Shown: in pieces, positions 1 through 13,043 of the stretch
How positions within the stretch are numbered: the first letter of the stretch is position 1
How the letters are laid out: each line of letters starts with the position of its first letter
From: Spizellomyces punctatus DAOM BR117
Lineage: Eukaryota
Assembly (NCBI GenBank): GCA_000182565.2
Contig: KQ257451.1
Length of the DNA stretch: 64,000 nucleotides
Strand: one strand, 5' to 3'
Notes under the pieces: generated by a model
Told to the model about the DNA's origin: nothing
Seen by the model: the letters and a program-made list of their open reading frames with translations, nothing else
Database searches by the model: none
Translations under genes and position numbers: made by a program

Positions 1-51
1 AGAGCCCATTGGATTTCAAGTCCAACGCCTTAACCACTCGGCCACACCGAC
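1..51 (-). tRNA. tRNA-Ser(UGA), 5' part; 3' end runs off the window
   Basis: Reverse complement GTCGGTG-TG-GCCGAGTGGTTAAGGC-G-TTGGA-CTTGAAA-TCCAA-TGGGCTCT gives the acceptor 5' strand, D-arm, anticodon arm with TGA and the start of a long variable arm. Confidence 0.93.
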
Positions 52-133
52 CGGACCATCATCATCGTCCTGTGAAACTCATATTCTATTAATAGGACCT
101 AATTTAGTTTCGATAGGACCTCGCCGTATCGTA

Positions 134-825
134 GTGTATTGGCAATAACAAATGTCACTACACAATACACCAGGGAATAAACCAGCGACAACTGGTTCGG
201 AAAAGCTAACTAAGCTACTACTAGGCAATTATACACGCAATTCGTAACGGTTGGTTCTAACCGGATAACTGCCCACCACCACACACGGTCCCTACTAGGC
301 CTTGATCCAGAACTCTTTGATGGCATTGAAGCCAGAGTCTTGCATCCAGGAGCGAATTGACTGGGCAGCGTCGCAAGCTGGGGGATTTTCAGTGACAAGG
401 CTTGGAGACCAAAAAAAACTGCATGTCAGAAGATGACCCGATGACAAGAAATAAAATGATGCAATCAGTACATACCAACCAAGCTCAACTAATGTGGCAG
501 CATAATAGCAGCTTTGCTGAATCCGAGGCTGTGGCTGGTTCTGATTGCTGTTGCTGTCGGGCAGTCGAGGTCCTCAACACCACCACATCTGCATGCTCAT
601 GATTGACCAAGTCGCAATGAGGTTGCAATGTGGGTCGCGATGAGCGTTGGGCAGATGCTTGCGAGTCGAGGGATAAAGAAACAAGAGGGAAGAGGGAGCA
701 GGTCCCCTTTTATAGACCTTCGGCATGCACCTCACCGCAGTTTAAAAAAAAAACATTTAGCATGCCACACCAATCTGAGTGATAGATGGGGGTTCTGATT
801 ATGTGATATGATTAACCGGATTAAT
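134..825 (-). repeat. Dispersed ~690-bp repeat, copy A (non-autonomous mobile-element-like)
   Basis: Reverse complement is colinear and highly similar to 27732-28429. Flanked by direct repeat CCGTATCGTA at 124-133 and 826-835. Confidence 0.85.
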
Positions 826-1258
826 CCGTATCGTATCGTATCGTAACGTATGAATTGCAGCTGGTAGTGACGGTTCTGCCCGCGCCAAGCAGTAAACGAA
901 GGAGAAAACACCCCGGCCAAAGTATCTTTACAGTAAAGGCTATAGACATGGAACCAAAAGCAAGAAAGCAACAACCACTACTATCCCACAAAACCGAACA
1001 AGGCCACAAGGGCTTAAACGAATTTATCGCCCAGAAAGCAATACAATGCCCTCGGTGTACCCCCAAATAAAGATTACAATCTCTTTTTGAACCTCCAAGT
1101 TACCATCCAATCCAGCACAAAAAAAACAACTTTACATTCCACCCCTGATTGTCCATTCATTACACTAAGATGCATTACATTTGGTTCACATGACCTGTGA
1201 ATTGTGAATAAAATAACCGCGAGGAGGCCCGAAACCTATTCGCAAGAAGATGTTTTGG

Positions 1259-4200
1259 TCATCCTTTTGCCCGTTTATGTCCAACGTCCTCAGGGGACGG
1301 CAATTGTGAGTCCGATGTTCCCATCACCACATCCAGCCACGCACTTGTTCGTTTGGTCGGTATCCGGTTCGACGGCGAAATTGATGGTACGGTGGGTGCA
1401 GGTGACTGCGCTTCCATCCGAGGCGGTGGTGACGTGGAGGGTACGGGATGCTGATGTGGTTGTTGCGGTGATGGATTGGGGTGAGGATACGCAGGAGGCG
1501 GCGGGCCTATTCGCGCTGAACGTGATGTACCGCTGCTGTTGGTCCCGCTAGCCGCACTCGATGATCGGCGGCCGGGGTGGTCGTAGTGAGATGATCGTCT
1601 CTCGCGTGCACTTTGATCCTTCTCATGAATATATCTAGAGAGGACTTCTTTGTGATCGGCCCCCGTGTGCTGTTGGGCTCGCTGGTGATGTGAGTGTTGC
1701 TGGTGATGGTGCTGCTGGTGTTGCTGTAGCTGTTGCTGCTGAGCAGTATGTGACGAAGGAAGAACGTGCTGCTGGACTACCCGCATCGGCTGTCCCCCTG
1801 GTGCTGATGATGATGGCTGAGACGCAGGGTGTGGGGGAGGAGGGTATGCAACGAATTGCGGTTGTCCTGCGCCTTCCGGCGATTGAGTTGCTGAGTAGAA
1901 GGTAACCGGTCCAGGTGGCTGCGGGTGACGAGGAGCAAGCATCGGATAAAACATCACAGGTCCGCCAGCTGCCACTGGTAGCTGAATCACAGTACCCGGT
2001 GGATATCCAGGTGCGCTTGTTGGAGCCATGACCATTGACGGGTACGGCGCAGCTTGTATTAGAGGCTGTGATACAGATGAACGACGCCGATATGGTGATG
2101 CAGCAGACATCGCATTATGATCAATCGACAGTCGGTGTCCACCTTGCATGGATACCGGTTGCATTCGTGGGTCCCCGTACATGATCGGCTGCATCATCGG
2201 CGCGTGGGAGGGTTGCTGATGAATTTGGATATGTGGTTGACTTGCGACTCGATGTTGCATCTCATACACGTTGCTCGATGATAGCGATCGCGTGTGAGGG
2301 GGCGCCGGAGGCCGTTCTGACGAAAACACGTGCGGTAACGGTGCTCCATTGGGTCCAAGAGGATACCCTCCAGTAGCAGATCCAGGGGATGGGTGGGAAG
2401 GCACTGATTGCCCCATCGACGGAATGTGGAGAGTAGCTGCATCCGAAGGAGACCCGCGTTGCTTGCCGATATCCATTGAAGTATTGGAATTTGTACGCAT
2501 GGACTCCCCAGCGTGCGACAGCAATTTCATGGGTGTGGAAGAAGATCTTCGATGAGAGGCGGATGATGAGGGTCGTGATTGCTTACGGCGTGGTGGAGTT
2601 TGGATAACCTCATCTGTCTTCCCAGCTGCAATTTCGGGTATCGTGTTTATGACAGGGACTTGCGGAGACGCTGCTGGTGACTCTTGTTCATCGTATACAT
2701 CGTCATCATCCACTCTCTTTTTCTGACCTTGCATAAGTACAGGGGGAGGCTGAGGCAACACCACCGTCACCACATCCGAAGTAGTTGACCCTGGCGGACG
2801 GGCTGGTAATGACCCAGCGGGGGCGGTTGTGTACGCTGGAACGGCAAGCAGCGATGCCTCGTAAGGTTTCATACTAGATCTTCTCCTCGCTTCAGACATC
2901 TTGCGCGGCTTTTCGCTCGCCTTCTTCCCACGAAGTGGCGATGGCTTAGTCGCAATATCCGTCACGTCAACAGTTGCTGTCGACAACATTGGACTGCTCG
3001 CCTTCCCTTTTCGACCCTTCTGAGAGGCTACTTTGCCATTTGATGTTCTTCTCCCACTAGCGGAGGTGTTTTCGGGTGGTTCGGGTGCTTGCCCGTGCCC
3101 CTTGTCGACGATACCAATAAGATTAGCCACTTGCATTGGAGCAGGGCTTTGCAGGGCTTGGGGCTCTTTGAATATCAAAGGGTGGACAGAATGAACCGCG
3201 GCTTCCTGCTTAAAGTTAACAGGGAGCGCCTGTTTCTCTGTTTCCATAGGATCTAGGGCGTCGACCTTTCGAGATGGCGCAGCGGACTCATCAAGCTCCA
3301 TCGGCGACGCAGCACTTGATGAATTGAGTAAATGCAAGTTGCTAGTCTCTGTATCCACGCTGCTCTTCGTTCCAGTTGGAGACTTGACATCTATGTCCAT
3401 CGCATGCTGATCTTCTTCCGATTTGCATGTCTTGGGTAATGGGTCAGCTGCATCTCCTACACTTGGGGCCGTCGGTATTATCCCTGCTAGCTTATTCGAC
3501 GGTGTGTCCGTATCCATGAGGTCATGCAGGCTTTTGGTTACATTCATTTCGGGCGATGGAGTCCCCATTACGGGAGCGCCATTGGGCGTTGGTGGTTCCT
3601 TTAGCTTTTCTTGCTTTACCTCTTGACAAACGCGCGTCGTCTCTGCATTATCCTCCACTTGCAAAGTCTCTGGTGGTATCAACTTCTGTGGATTCATATC
3701 ACGTAGTGTAGATGAGGCATCCACCTCTGCCTCTGTGTGGGATTCTGATGCTTCGGGGACCTTTTTGAGCACTGATGGGCTTTTGATATCCGACTCTTCC
3801 GGGGGCGATGTGTCTGTCACTGAGCCATCTTCCCCAAGGGTGGACGCTGATTCTGCATTACTCTCAGTACTTCTCGCGTGAACAATTTTCTTAAGACGTA
3901 TTCCCTTCGGCATCTGTGCAACCCATTCGCTAATTGACCGTTTTCGTGGCGGAAGTGTTTCCGCTTCGGCCTCACCGGTCTCCCCACTTACATCCCGCCC
4001 CTCCCGCTCCGATTTAAACCCTGCTTGCGGCTTCGTCAAGAGATCGCAAGGCTTTCCCGTGTCAACAGTAGGTGATGTTATGAATACCTCAGACGAGCGG
4101 CGGTACTCGCTCCCACCAGATGATGCTGAAGAGCGCCTTATCGCATCTGAATCGGCAGACTCTCTTCGGTCGATCATAAAAGGTGATGTGTCCCCAGATT

Positions 4201-6557
4201 TTTGTTTCAGTGGAGATTCGACGGACAGTCGTCTATCAAAATCTGTCGACACGCGTCGAACAGGGAGCTCCACATCGGATGTAGTACTCCCACTCGAAAG
4301 GCGGCGTTTAACATGATCACTAATTCCCATCACTCCATCTCTCCAAGGATCCTCGAGTGATGGAGCATTTTCCAGGGCTGGTGTTGGGGGTACTGGTCCA
4401 GTTGAAAACTTGCGCTCCGGTGGTGGTCGTGGTGGCAGCGACACCCCTTGTTCTCTAGCCTTCCAATGCGCACGTATTGTTTCGATTCTGCCAAGAAGCT
4501 ACTTACCAGGTAAGAAAGAGCGTAGTCACAGGGAATATTCGGAAGGCCGCCGTAATACATACCATTTCTTTCGTTACCCCATTTTGAATCAGCTTCATCG
4601 TCTTTTCCAAGATAGCCAGATCATTTGCGGTGTCCTTATCATCTCTGACAATGGGTGCAGTATAAGCAAAACAGAACACTCTGATACAGATAGACAGTAC
4701 AAACATACCGAAATCGGACAAATCGCCATCCTCCTTCCCGCTTGCTCGAAACATATCCATCTTCCCATAGATGTGTCATCCAAGTCTTATCCCAACGGAA
4801 TTCTGCAATTCGTCCATCAGGAGGGGAGACTCGCCATCTGAAGCGTGCATTAGTGAGGAAGTCCTGGCCATTGTCATCATATTTTCATTATCGTAATACC
4901 AACTTTTCTTGCAGCTCTGGTTCCAGCGTTAGCTGGTCGTGAAACTTGTGAGCCCCAAACTCGGCAATCAGGATTGCATAGTGTGGTTTGCGGTCCTTGT
5001 CCAAATCCATTTTGATCTTGAAGTCAATTGTATTTTGCTCGGGTGGCTTCCACTTCAGTCTACGTGTATATGAGCACAGCTCCATCAGTCTTACGAACCT
5101 AGTATATGAACCTTTTTTTACGTACAGTTTGTGGCATGTTCCCGGTGTGTATGGCAGATTCACGGGCGTAAATATCAACCCATCATTACCATGCTTCTGT
5201 CGAGCGATCTCATCGAAAACCACATGCATGCCATACGAACGTTGCTGCGTTTTTATTCGGATGCTACATAAGCGTTCAAATGAGAGGGTATTCAACCTCA
5301 AAAAAAGGTCTTATGTAGCACCAAGCTTACCGGAATGGCTGCACATTACGTGCTTCAGGATGGTATTTGAGGTAGTGCTCATACGGTGCAAGCACATCTC
5401 GTTGGAAGAACTGCATAAAGAGGTATCTTGTATCACGTGTCACCCGCGAATAAAACTAATGAGCAATCCACTTACACCCAAGCGACGGTTATAGGTTTCG
5501 TGTAGGTGTCGTTCACCGTGGGAAGTCAAGAGATCAAAAACAAGGTAAGTTAATGTCCTCTGGAAAAGCAATCATTGTCAATCAGAAAGAAAGGAAAGGC
5601 TTAAATTGGTTCATTTAGCCTACATGTGAACCTTCTACATCCACTACAAGTTCCCCGTCCAGCAGGGTCTCATTATGATACTTCGTTACTTCGCCTACTT
5701 GTTTCGGTAGCGGAAACTTCATATCGACGTAATGGAACTCGTTTTTGCGGTCAATCTGTCAGCATGATCAAATCGGATGAGAGATGTTATCTCAGCACAC
5801 ATGTTCCCGACCATACCATAAACGTCGCCGGCCCTTTCTGTGTCACCATCAATAACATAAGATATCGTACGCCATCGCTCTTTTCGCAAACAAAGTAATC
5901 CTCTCGTTCGAGGGCCTGCAGGTTATTGTGTTGCAGGGCGACGGGTTGAGAGCCTGGGAACCTGTATAGATAAACTAAAATGTTTAGCAGCTGTAAGGTT
6001 TACATTTCGGATCCCGACATACTGGCCATCGTATGATTGACCAAATTGGCCTTGATGGGCCAACACCTTCCGACCCCAGCTTGGGTCGACCGGGGGCTGC
6101 TCACCAAGGTGTAATAAGTCCTAGCCAACATAATAGAGCAATTTCTCTGCATATGATGAGAACCCTCCACCATTGTTGTACGTGGACCGACTAGGAGGTT
6201 CCCAGAATATTCCCAAACGGCGAACTCAAAACTCAGGAACCATGGCCTACCCATCCCCACTTATTGACCGTCTACCATAAAGCCATCTCTAAATTCACAC
6301 GCGCAAGTGCGAAACCTACCCGTCATGTTTCCAATTCAGTAAGTCCTTTATTCGATTTCGCAATTCGGCAGAGTAAGAAGGATCAACTCCGATCCCAATC
6401 TTTCCGGGTAACACATCTCCCTCCTTTGGTCGCGAATTCGACATATTTATTGAGGCGCGTTAAAATACGAGCGCTGCGTGAGGTATTCTACCCGCGTCGG
6501 TATTGAAAGAGGCAGAGAGAACGACGGTGCGGCTCTGGACACGCGGCATACGGGCAT
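1259..6557 (-). CDS. CEG1: mRNA capping enzyme guanylyltransferase subunit, multi-exon, with a very long low-complexity C-terminal extension; start codon uncertain
   Basis: Spliced motifs FPGSQPV, YFVCEKSDGVRY (motif I KxDG), HGNDGLIFTP, LKWKPPEQNTIDF, WRFVRFRDDKDTAND. Last exon LLGRIETIRAHWKAREQG continues in frame into ORF 1259-4444. Confidence 0.9.
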
Positions 6558-7503
6558 TCGGCGTTCGCCTGATTGTGCAGTATGAAAGTTTGGCGGGGTA
6601 CGCTGTGGTTGCGGTGGTGAACGGAATCCCGCAAAGCGGAGTGAAAGGAGTGGATAGGCGGGCGCGATCGCGAGCAGGTTCAGATTGAAGAAATGCTTGG
6701 GAGGAGACAGGTTGCTGCAGTTTACCATATCCGCAGCCCTCACGAAGGGTGACCATAAGCGGTGGTTTGACGGTAATATCGGTTATAAATGAATCATGCC
6801 GTATCTATGACAACACTATCACGTGTTTTTGTGGAGAGCTTACCCTGACGTTGCATTGCTTCCCCAAGAAAATTGCTGCAAACCAATACATTTCTAAAAA
6901 GATACCCAGGAGGAGTGTGCCGTTGAGGCAATGTCCTGTATCCTTACTGATAGAACAGTTTCCCAGGCATAGAACATCCGGTGCATGAAAAGCAGTTCCC
7001 TACAATAGCTCGTACTATGCTTGCTCCCTTGGAAATAGTCGATGTCAAGACACTTGTTCCTAGCCCTCTCGAAAGCCTTGGGAGGTTGCCCCCATCGATG
7101 TCGTCCACCGCTATCTCGAGTAGCTCTTCAACCCGGGGGACGCAGAATGTCCGTCGTTGCAGACTGTCCACCAAAGTCGTCATATCGCCCAAGCAATCCG
7201 CTTTGCAATGGTACAGAAGACTGCACTACGCGGAATTTGCGTATGGGCGAATATTTATCACGAAAGGGATTGCGGAGGGTGCGGGACCGCCGCACAGAGC
7301 GCGTTTTGAATCCTGACCGCCATCCAACGTATGGCCAAACTAACCGACGTACGCAAGGGTAGGTAGATGCCTTTGATATACGTTTTTCAGAGATTCTTAC
7401 GCCTGCATCTTCCCGACAAAGCTACCACTCTGCTACATTCCCATTAATTTCGGAGGAGAGCGCTCATGATGCTGCAACAGTTCATCTGAGTAAACCACCA
7501 AGC

Positions 7504-10119
7504 ATGAGTGCTGAGGTCACAGCTGAAGCGGTCACTCAAGCCTGGCAACGTTTTAGAGCGTTGTTAATTGAAAGGGGTGGGGAAGGCGATAATATACCGG
7601 TGGAGTTGCTACGCGACATCTTCCACACATTGGCAAAGGGAATGATGCGGAAACGCCGATCGGCAGAATATTTGAGGACAGTGGCAGGATATATGCGTCA
7701 AAAGGGAGTTATGTTCTTTTCTGAAGAACTGGAATATCTAGTCGCGGCGCAGCGCATCTTGCGAAACTGGGGGGAGGCGTTAGAGGTCTTGGATTCATTG
7801 GAGAAGATGAGAAGACCGGATGATCCTCCATGGCGATTGGGAACATATGAAGCTGGAATGCGAGCACATATCAAACAGGGCAATATGGGGTTGGCCATGG
7901 GGCTCCTAGATCGTATGGAAAAGGATCGTATCCGGCCCACTGCCAGAATATTTGCCACACTAATTGACGGAGCAATAACTGGAGATGACGTTTCGCTAGC
8001 GCTTAACCTCTTCCAGCGAATGTCGGATAAGGGCGTTAGTCCGGATGCACGATCATTGGCTCTTCTTTTAACTGCATTTCGAAATGACGAAGAGAAGTTG
8101 AAGAGATTATACCAGATGGCAAGCGAATCGAGTCTTATAGATCTTCCCACCAATCCGGTTTTCCAACAGTCGCTGATATCAGTCAGCAGTCGACTAGGAG
8201 ATTTGGAGCTGGCATTCAAGCACCTGATGTTTATGAAAGACAGCTGTGCCGATCCATCCTACCAAGTGGCGGGATATACGATGCTAATTGATGGGTTTCT
8301 GAAGCGGGATCAAATTCCAAAGCGGGGGATGAAAATGGCCGAGGACTTGTTCGAGGAGATGAAGCGGAGCGGACTGAGGCCAAATCTGAAGACTTACACC
8401 GTGCTCATGCATGGTTATTTGAAATTCAAAGGATTGCATCGGGTTGTTCAATGTTTCGAAGAGTTGGTGGCGGAAGGCTTGCAACCTGATCAGACGATAT
8501 ACAATATCGTACTTCGAGCATGCGTCTTGCACGGCGATATTCGGAAGATGGAGGATGTGTTTCAGAATTTGCTGGATTCCGGCTTACAGCCCAATCTGCA
8601 CATTCTATCGTCGCTGATGGCGGGGTATGTTGTATACCACCAATTGAATCGAGCGATGGAAGTTTTCGAGTCAATGGGAAGCTATGGCCTTAAACCTGAT
8701 GTTGTTGCGTTTAACATTATCATCAACGGACACGGGTTGCAGCAGGACCTGCCCGGTGTGATGCGATGTTGGCAACAAATGCTGGACCACGGAATGCAGC
8801 CGAACCATATTACCTACACCAGTCTCCTCCAAGCGTTGTCAACGATGTTGGATCCGGACGTTCCTAAAATGCATCAAAGAATTTTCGCGACTGAGGTCAA
8901 GCCCGATGTATACGCTTACACTCTACTGATTGACGACCGACTACGCCGTGGCCAGCTACTTGGTGCACAGCAGCTATTTGACGATTTTCTTGCTACGGGT
9001 ACAAAGCTTAATTCCGTCGCATTCACAACATTGATGAATGCCTACATTGGGGAACGAAATCATGGGCCAGTGGCAGAGCTGTTTCAACGATTGACGGAGC
9101 AAGGAGGATTAATCGATGGCCCGGTGTATCATGTTTTGATGCGAATGTTGGTCAACGCGAATCGTCCACAGGAGGTGGAAAGAATTTGGGCCATGATGAA
9201 GGGAGAACGTATTGATCCGGACAAGGGGAATTATGCCATTGCCATGCAATCGTATCTCCAACTGTGGGATGTTGCTAAAGTGTGGGAACTTTTAGACGAG
9301 ATGAAATCGAAGCATATCTATCCAGATGAGCACGTCTATCATCTCGTGATTAAGGGGTTTGTAGGGCGTTGGACAACTCCAGGGGCGCGTGCTGCTGTAC
9401 AAGCGTACAAGATGATGCTAGCGGAGGGGGTCATTCCTGCTCAAGTCACATTCCGGATACTGATAGTCATGGCGTGCCGGAGACGAGATCAGGAGGCCCT
9501 TTTACGTTTTGTTCGAGACGCGATGGCCATGGGGCGGATGAGAGCGTTGGATGGGCAGCTGCGGCGAACAGTGTGGAATTTCCTCGTGGATACTCGCGAA
9601 TTGGCGGGCGTGATGGAGATGGCGGACGTATGCATTAAGATGGCCGTGTTGGATGATGTTTTGGTTGTTATTAACCGACTGGCGGCAACGCGAGATGTGG
9701 AAGGTATTATTGAATGTTGGGATAAGTTCGCGAGCAGCAGTTCGGGACGAATTCATGATGAAATCGTGAGCGAGGTTTTGGAAATCGTTGCGATTCGATG
9801 CAATGCGCCAACAGAGGCAAAGCAGCTGTGGAATAATCTCGTGAGCGGAAAGTACTCTGCTGTTTCTCGGACGATGGCGGTGGGGACGGTAGTGATGTAT
9901 TTACGAGCCCTGGCGTATTGGGACGAGACTGAGGCATTGATTAAGATGTGTACGTGTGGTTTGGTTGAGCTTGGTTTGAAAACCTCAGCTGTGGAGAAAG
10001 TATTAGAGGAATGCTTCAAATTCATGAGGTGGAAGCTGGGCAACAACCTGGAGCAAGTGACTGAGTTTTGGAAGGCACGGGACGAGGTCGATATTAACAA
10101 GATTGCTGCGGTTCCATGA
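7504..10119 (+). CDS. Pentatricopeptide-repeat (PPR) protein, probably mitochondrial; may extend upstream to ~7042
   Basis: Tandem ~35-aa PPR motifs, e.g. TYTVLMHGYLKFKGLHRVVQCFEELVAEGLQPD and AFNIIINGHGLQQDLPGVMRCWQQMLDHGMQPN. Confidence 0.9.
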   Translation: MSAEVTAEAVTQAWQRFRALLIERGGEGDNIPVELLRDIFHTLAKGMMRKRRSAEYLRTVAGYMRQKGVMFFSEELEYLVAAQRILRNWGEALEVLDSLEKMRRPDDPPWRLGTYEAGMRAHIKQGNMGLAMGLLDRMEKDRIRPTARIFATLIDGAITGDDVSLALNLFQRMSDKGVSPDARSLALLLTAFRNDEEKLKRLYQMASESSLIDLPTNPVFQQSLISVSSRLGDLELAFKHLMFMKDSCADPSYQVAGYTMLIDGFLKRDQIPKRGMKMAEDLFEEMKRSGLRPNLKTYTVLMHGYLKFKGLHRVVQCFEELVAEGLQPDQTIYNIVLRACVLHGDIRKMEDVFQNLLDSGLQPNLHILSSLMAGYVVYHQLNRAMEVFESMGSYGLKPDVVAFNIIINGHGLQQDLPGVMRCWQQMLDHGMQPNHITYTSLLQALSTMLDPDVPKMHQRIFATEVKPDVYAYTLLIDDRLRRGQLLGAQQLFDDFLATGTKLNSVAFTTLMNAYIGERNHGPVAELFQRLTEQGGLIDGPVYHVLMRMLVNANRPQEVERIWAMMKGERIDPDKGNYAIAMQSYLQLWDVAKVWELLDEMKSKHIYPDEHVYHLVIKGFVGRWTTPGARAAVQAYKMMLAEGVIPAQVTFRILIVMACRRRDQEALLRFVRDAMAMGRMRALDGQLRRTVWNFLVDTRELAGVMEMADVCIKMAVLDDVLVVINRLAATRDVEGIIECWDKFASSSSGRIHDEIVSEVLEIVAIRCNAPTEAKQLWNNLVSGKYSAVSRTMAVGTVVMYLRALAYWDETEALIKMCTCGLVELGLKTSAVEKVLEECFKFMRWKLGNNLEQVTEFWKARDEVDINKIAAVP

Positions 10120-10633
10120 GCCATCTTGGTCCATGTAATTATATTTAAGGCGTGCACGCGGATTAGTGAAGAATACCTAGTGCCATCCATATATGTGCCT
10201 TTATTCGTATTAGCCAAACTGCTGGTGATTGAGATCAATCTCGTTGCTCATGTAACAATTGTTCTGGGAATAAACCACGTGACCTCTCTGCTGACTAAGA
10301 ATCAAAGATTTGCCATGGCAACAATAGAGTGAACAGAGTTTTGCCACTGGCAGATTTTTTGTTCCTTTGAGCGGATTTTGATTGCTTCTTTTTCACGAGT
10401 TGATGGGATTTCCTTTTTTCCTCGCGTGAGGTTTTTTATTTTTTTTTATTTTCCTGATTTGGGTCCAACGACGAGGAACGACGACGACGACGACGACTTT
10501 TGCACGTCGATGGTACATTGCTGATTTATTTATTTTTATTACTGTGCAGTGGACATTTCTCATTCATTGGCCTCCTTCCGACAGTCGTGGATGCCGACTT
10601 CATCCGTGTCGTATTGCCACATCAAAAATAGTT

Positions 10634-12442
10634 ATGAGCGTACAATGTACTTGGCTATGGGCGGTTCTGCTGGTGTATCTTGCGGGGGCGGTTGAAGCGT
10701 CCTCGTCTTCGGCCACAATCGATTATGGTCGCATTGGTCACGATCGTACAGCGTCAGGGCAGTTAATGGTGCTGCCAGATGTTGAATTTCGGAATGCGAG
10801 TTCTTGGATCATAGGTGTCGCATTAGTGGCCGTCGTCGGTATTGGATTGGGGTTGGTGTTGGGTCATATCGGCAAGGTGAGATGAAGTGCGTTCTCTGGT
10901 TGATCACCATTACCATGAGACTAATTGGTCCTGTGGCAGATGCGAATGCACCGTTCTTGGATATCGAGTCCTTCACCAAGTCTCTTGGATGTAGCATGGA
11001 ATGGGCGTTGCCTGCCGCCCATACCATCCGCGCAGACTCCCTCATATGATACAACTTTTACCCAAGGGCTCGACAAGGAGGAGCAACAGGAAAGCGCCAG
11101 AACAAGATCCTTGAATCATCCTGTAGACATAGCATCCTCAGAGGATGACCCGCCTGGTCCTGGGTCTTCGCCACATCCCTGCGACCAACACGATGCTTTT
11201 ACACCTCATCATCTGCCTTTGAACCTTGTATCATCCTCGACCCGTCCGGAGTCTCCCAGCTTGGAATGCATTCAAGATCAATCATCACACACAACTGCCG
11301 CTGCTGCTGAACCTGCTGGCCTACAACAACCAGCACCTTCCTTGTCTACACCGGCATCGGCTATACTGGATTCACCCGCTGCAAGCACGAAATCGAATTC
11401 TCGGAAGAAAAACAGACACTCTCGGAACAACTCGTTTGCAACTTCCCTCGATGGCTCAACAACAACTTCTACCGCTGCAAGCGCGACGAAACCAAAGCCA
11501 AACCCATCACCACGTTCATCTTCGACTGGAATTCCACGGTCTGGCGGCGGCAACGATAAACGCCGTGCTGCGAAAGCAGGTCAAAACACGCACGATTATT
11601 CGGCAAACCAGCCTCCTACAGCGATCAACAATAAAAATCGTCACGGCCGAGACTTGCACAAATCTGCGTCGACTACGCAATTACAGCTACCATCATCCCG
11701 AAACGAGAAAAGACCGGTGAACGAGTACAGAGAGTTGAAACAAGTGACAAGGGCCAAAGCGTCTCATGCTAGGTCCTTCTCTGGCTCACATTTGGAATCC
11801 ACCGCCGCTACCGCACGTAAGCATTATGATCAACAACCAGAGACTTCCCAGCAACATACCTTTGCTGCATCGCCCATCCGGGGAGCGGCCTGGTCGTCTT
11901 CGTTTTCTACCGCTACAAGTCCTTCCAACCGTTTGCATACTGCCTCGATTAAGGCTGTATCACCTCCTCCGGGTTTGTCTGAACCAGACGTCTCGGCTGC
12001 TCGATATCATCATGGATGGACACGTTCGGCTCCGTCACCCCCACCTTCCTATGAAGCTGTCATGGAGGAAGCCCGTCGAGAAACCTCTGTCAAGCGGACC
12101 GGTTTCGGCCAACAGCAATGGTACTCGCCTTTTGTCTCTGGATTGAGTCTTGATCTGGATTTGAACAATCGTGCCCGCGGACATGGGCACGAGTCGAGAG
12201 TTATCAAACCGGATGCGCATTCGTCGGAGGAGCAAGTGACTGTTCCTTCTTCGACACCAGTCGGATATGCTCCACCTCTACATGCACCAGGTTTTCATAC
12301 AGGGTCAAAGGGAGGTCAAGACAAGGGCGTGGTTTCCAGGCTTAGACGACAACAAACCCGACAGGACGGGGCACAGCAAGGACAACAGTTTAGTTTATTC
12401 GACAGACGTCTCTCTTTTACGGTTGGTCGTAGTGACAGTTAA
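10634..12442 (+). CDS. Hypothetical single-pass membrane protein with long S/P-rich tail (2 exons, intron ~10877-10939)
   Basis: Signal-like N-terminus, hydrophobic WIIGVALVAVVGIGLGLVL, GTGAGA..CAG intron joining in frame to ORF 10925-12442, PPPSY motif. Confidence 0.6.
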
Positions 12443-13043
12443 TGATATCTACTTAAAAGCATTTTATAGCTGGATGGAGGCTTGCGCATGGTGGGCCTGT
12501 AGACCAGGGTAGACGTGATAGTATTTTGTATAGGCGGTTTCTTTTTCTTCCAAAGTATTCCAAGGTGTTTCCTTGTGAGTGCTTTTGTTGTGTATAGTAG
12601 ACATACCCGGTTCATTTAAAAGATATTATTCTCGCAACTGTACCTACTTGTGGCTGTTGTTCTTGTCACTTGTTTTGGTGGTCCTCGTCGTTGTAACAAC
12701 GATCATGAAGATAAACAAATCCCATAACGGGGGATCCACGTTTCACACGTGACTTCTGTCACCAGGTAACAGTGACCCTGAATGAGGTCAACCGCTCATG
12801 TTTCCGCCTGTGTTCGCAAAGGCGAACGAAAGATCGTGGGGGGAGACATCTTTTTTCTTCGCTTCTAGACTTGGGATAAGGAAGGCGTAGAGTAGTCCAC
12901 GCGGATTCCTAGTTTATTTTCTATTTCAGCCAATTGGCATTGCCTTTCCCCTCGCCGTTCGTCTTCCCAAGACCTTGTCAACCACGACTGGGCTTCAACC
13001 GCTACACCGCTAACCACCAGCAGAATCCCGCCCATCTCCCAAT

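Noticed and set aside
1-51. Possible selenocysteine or suppressor tRNA
   Set aside because: The anticodon is UGA (reads UCA, Ser), not UCA, and the D-arm is an ordinary tRNA-Ser type.
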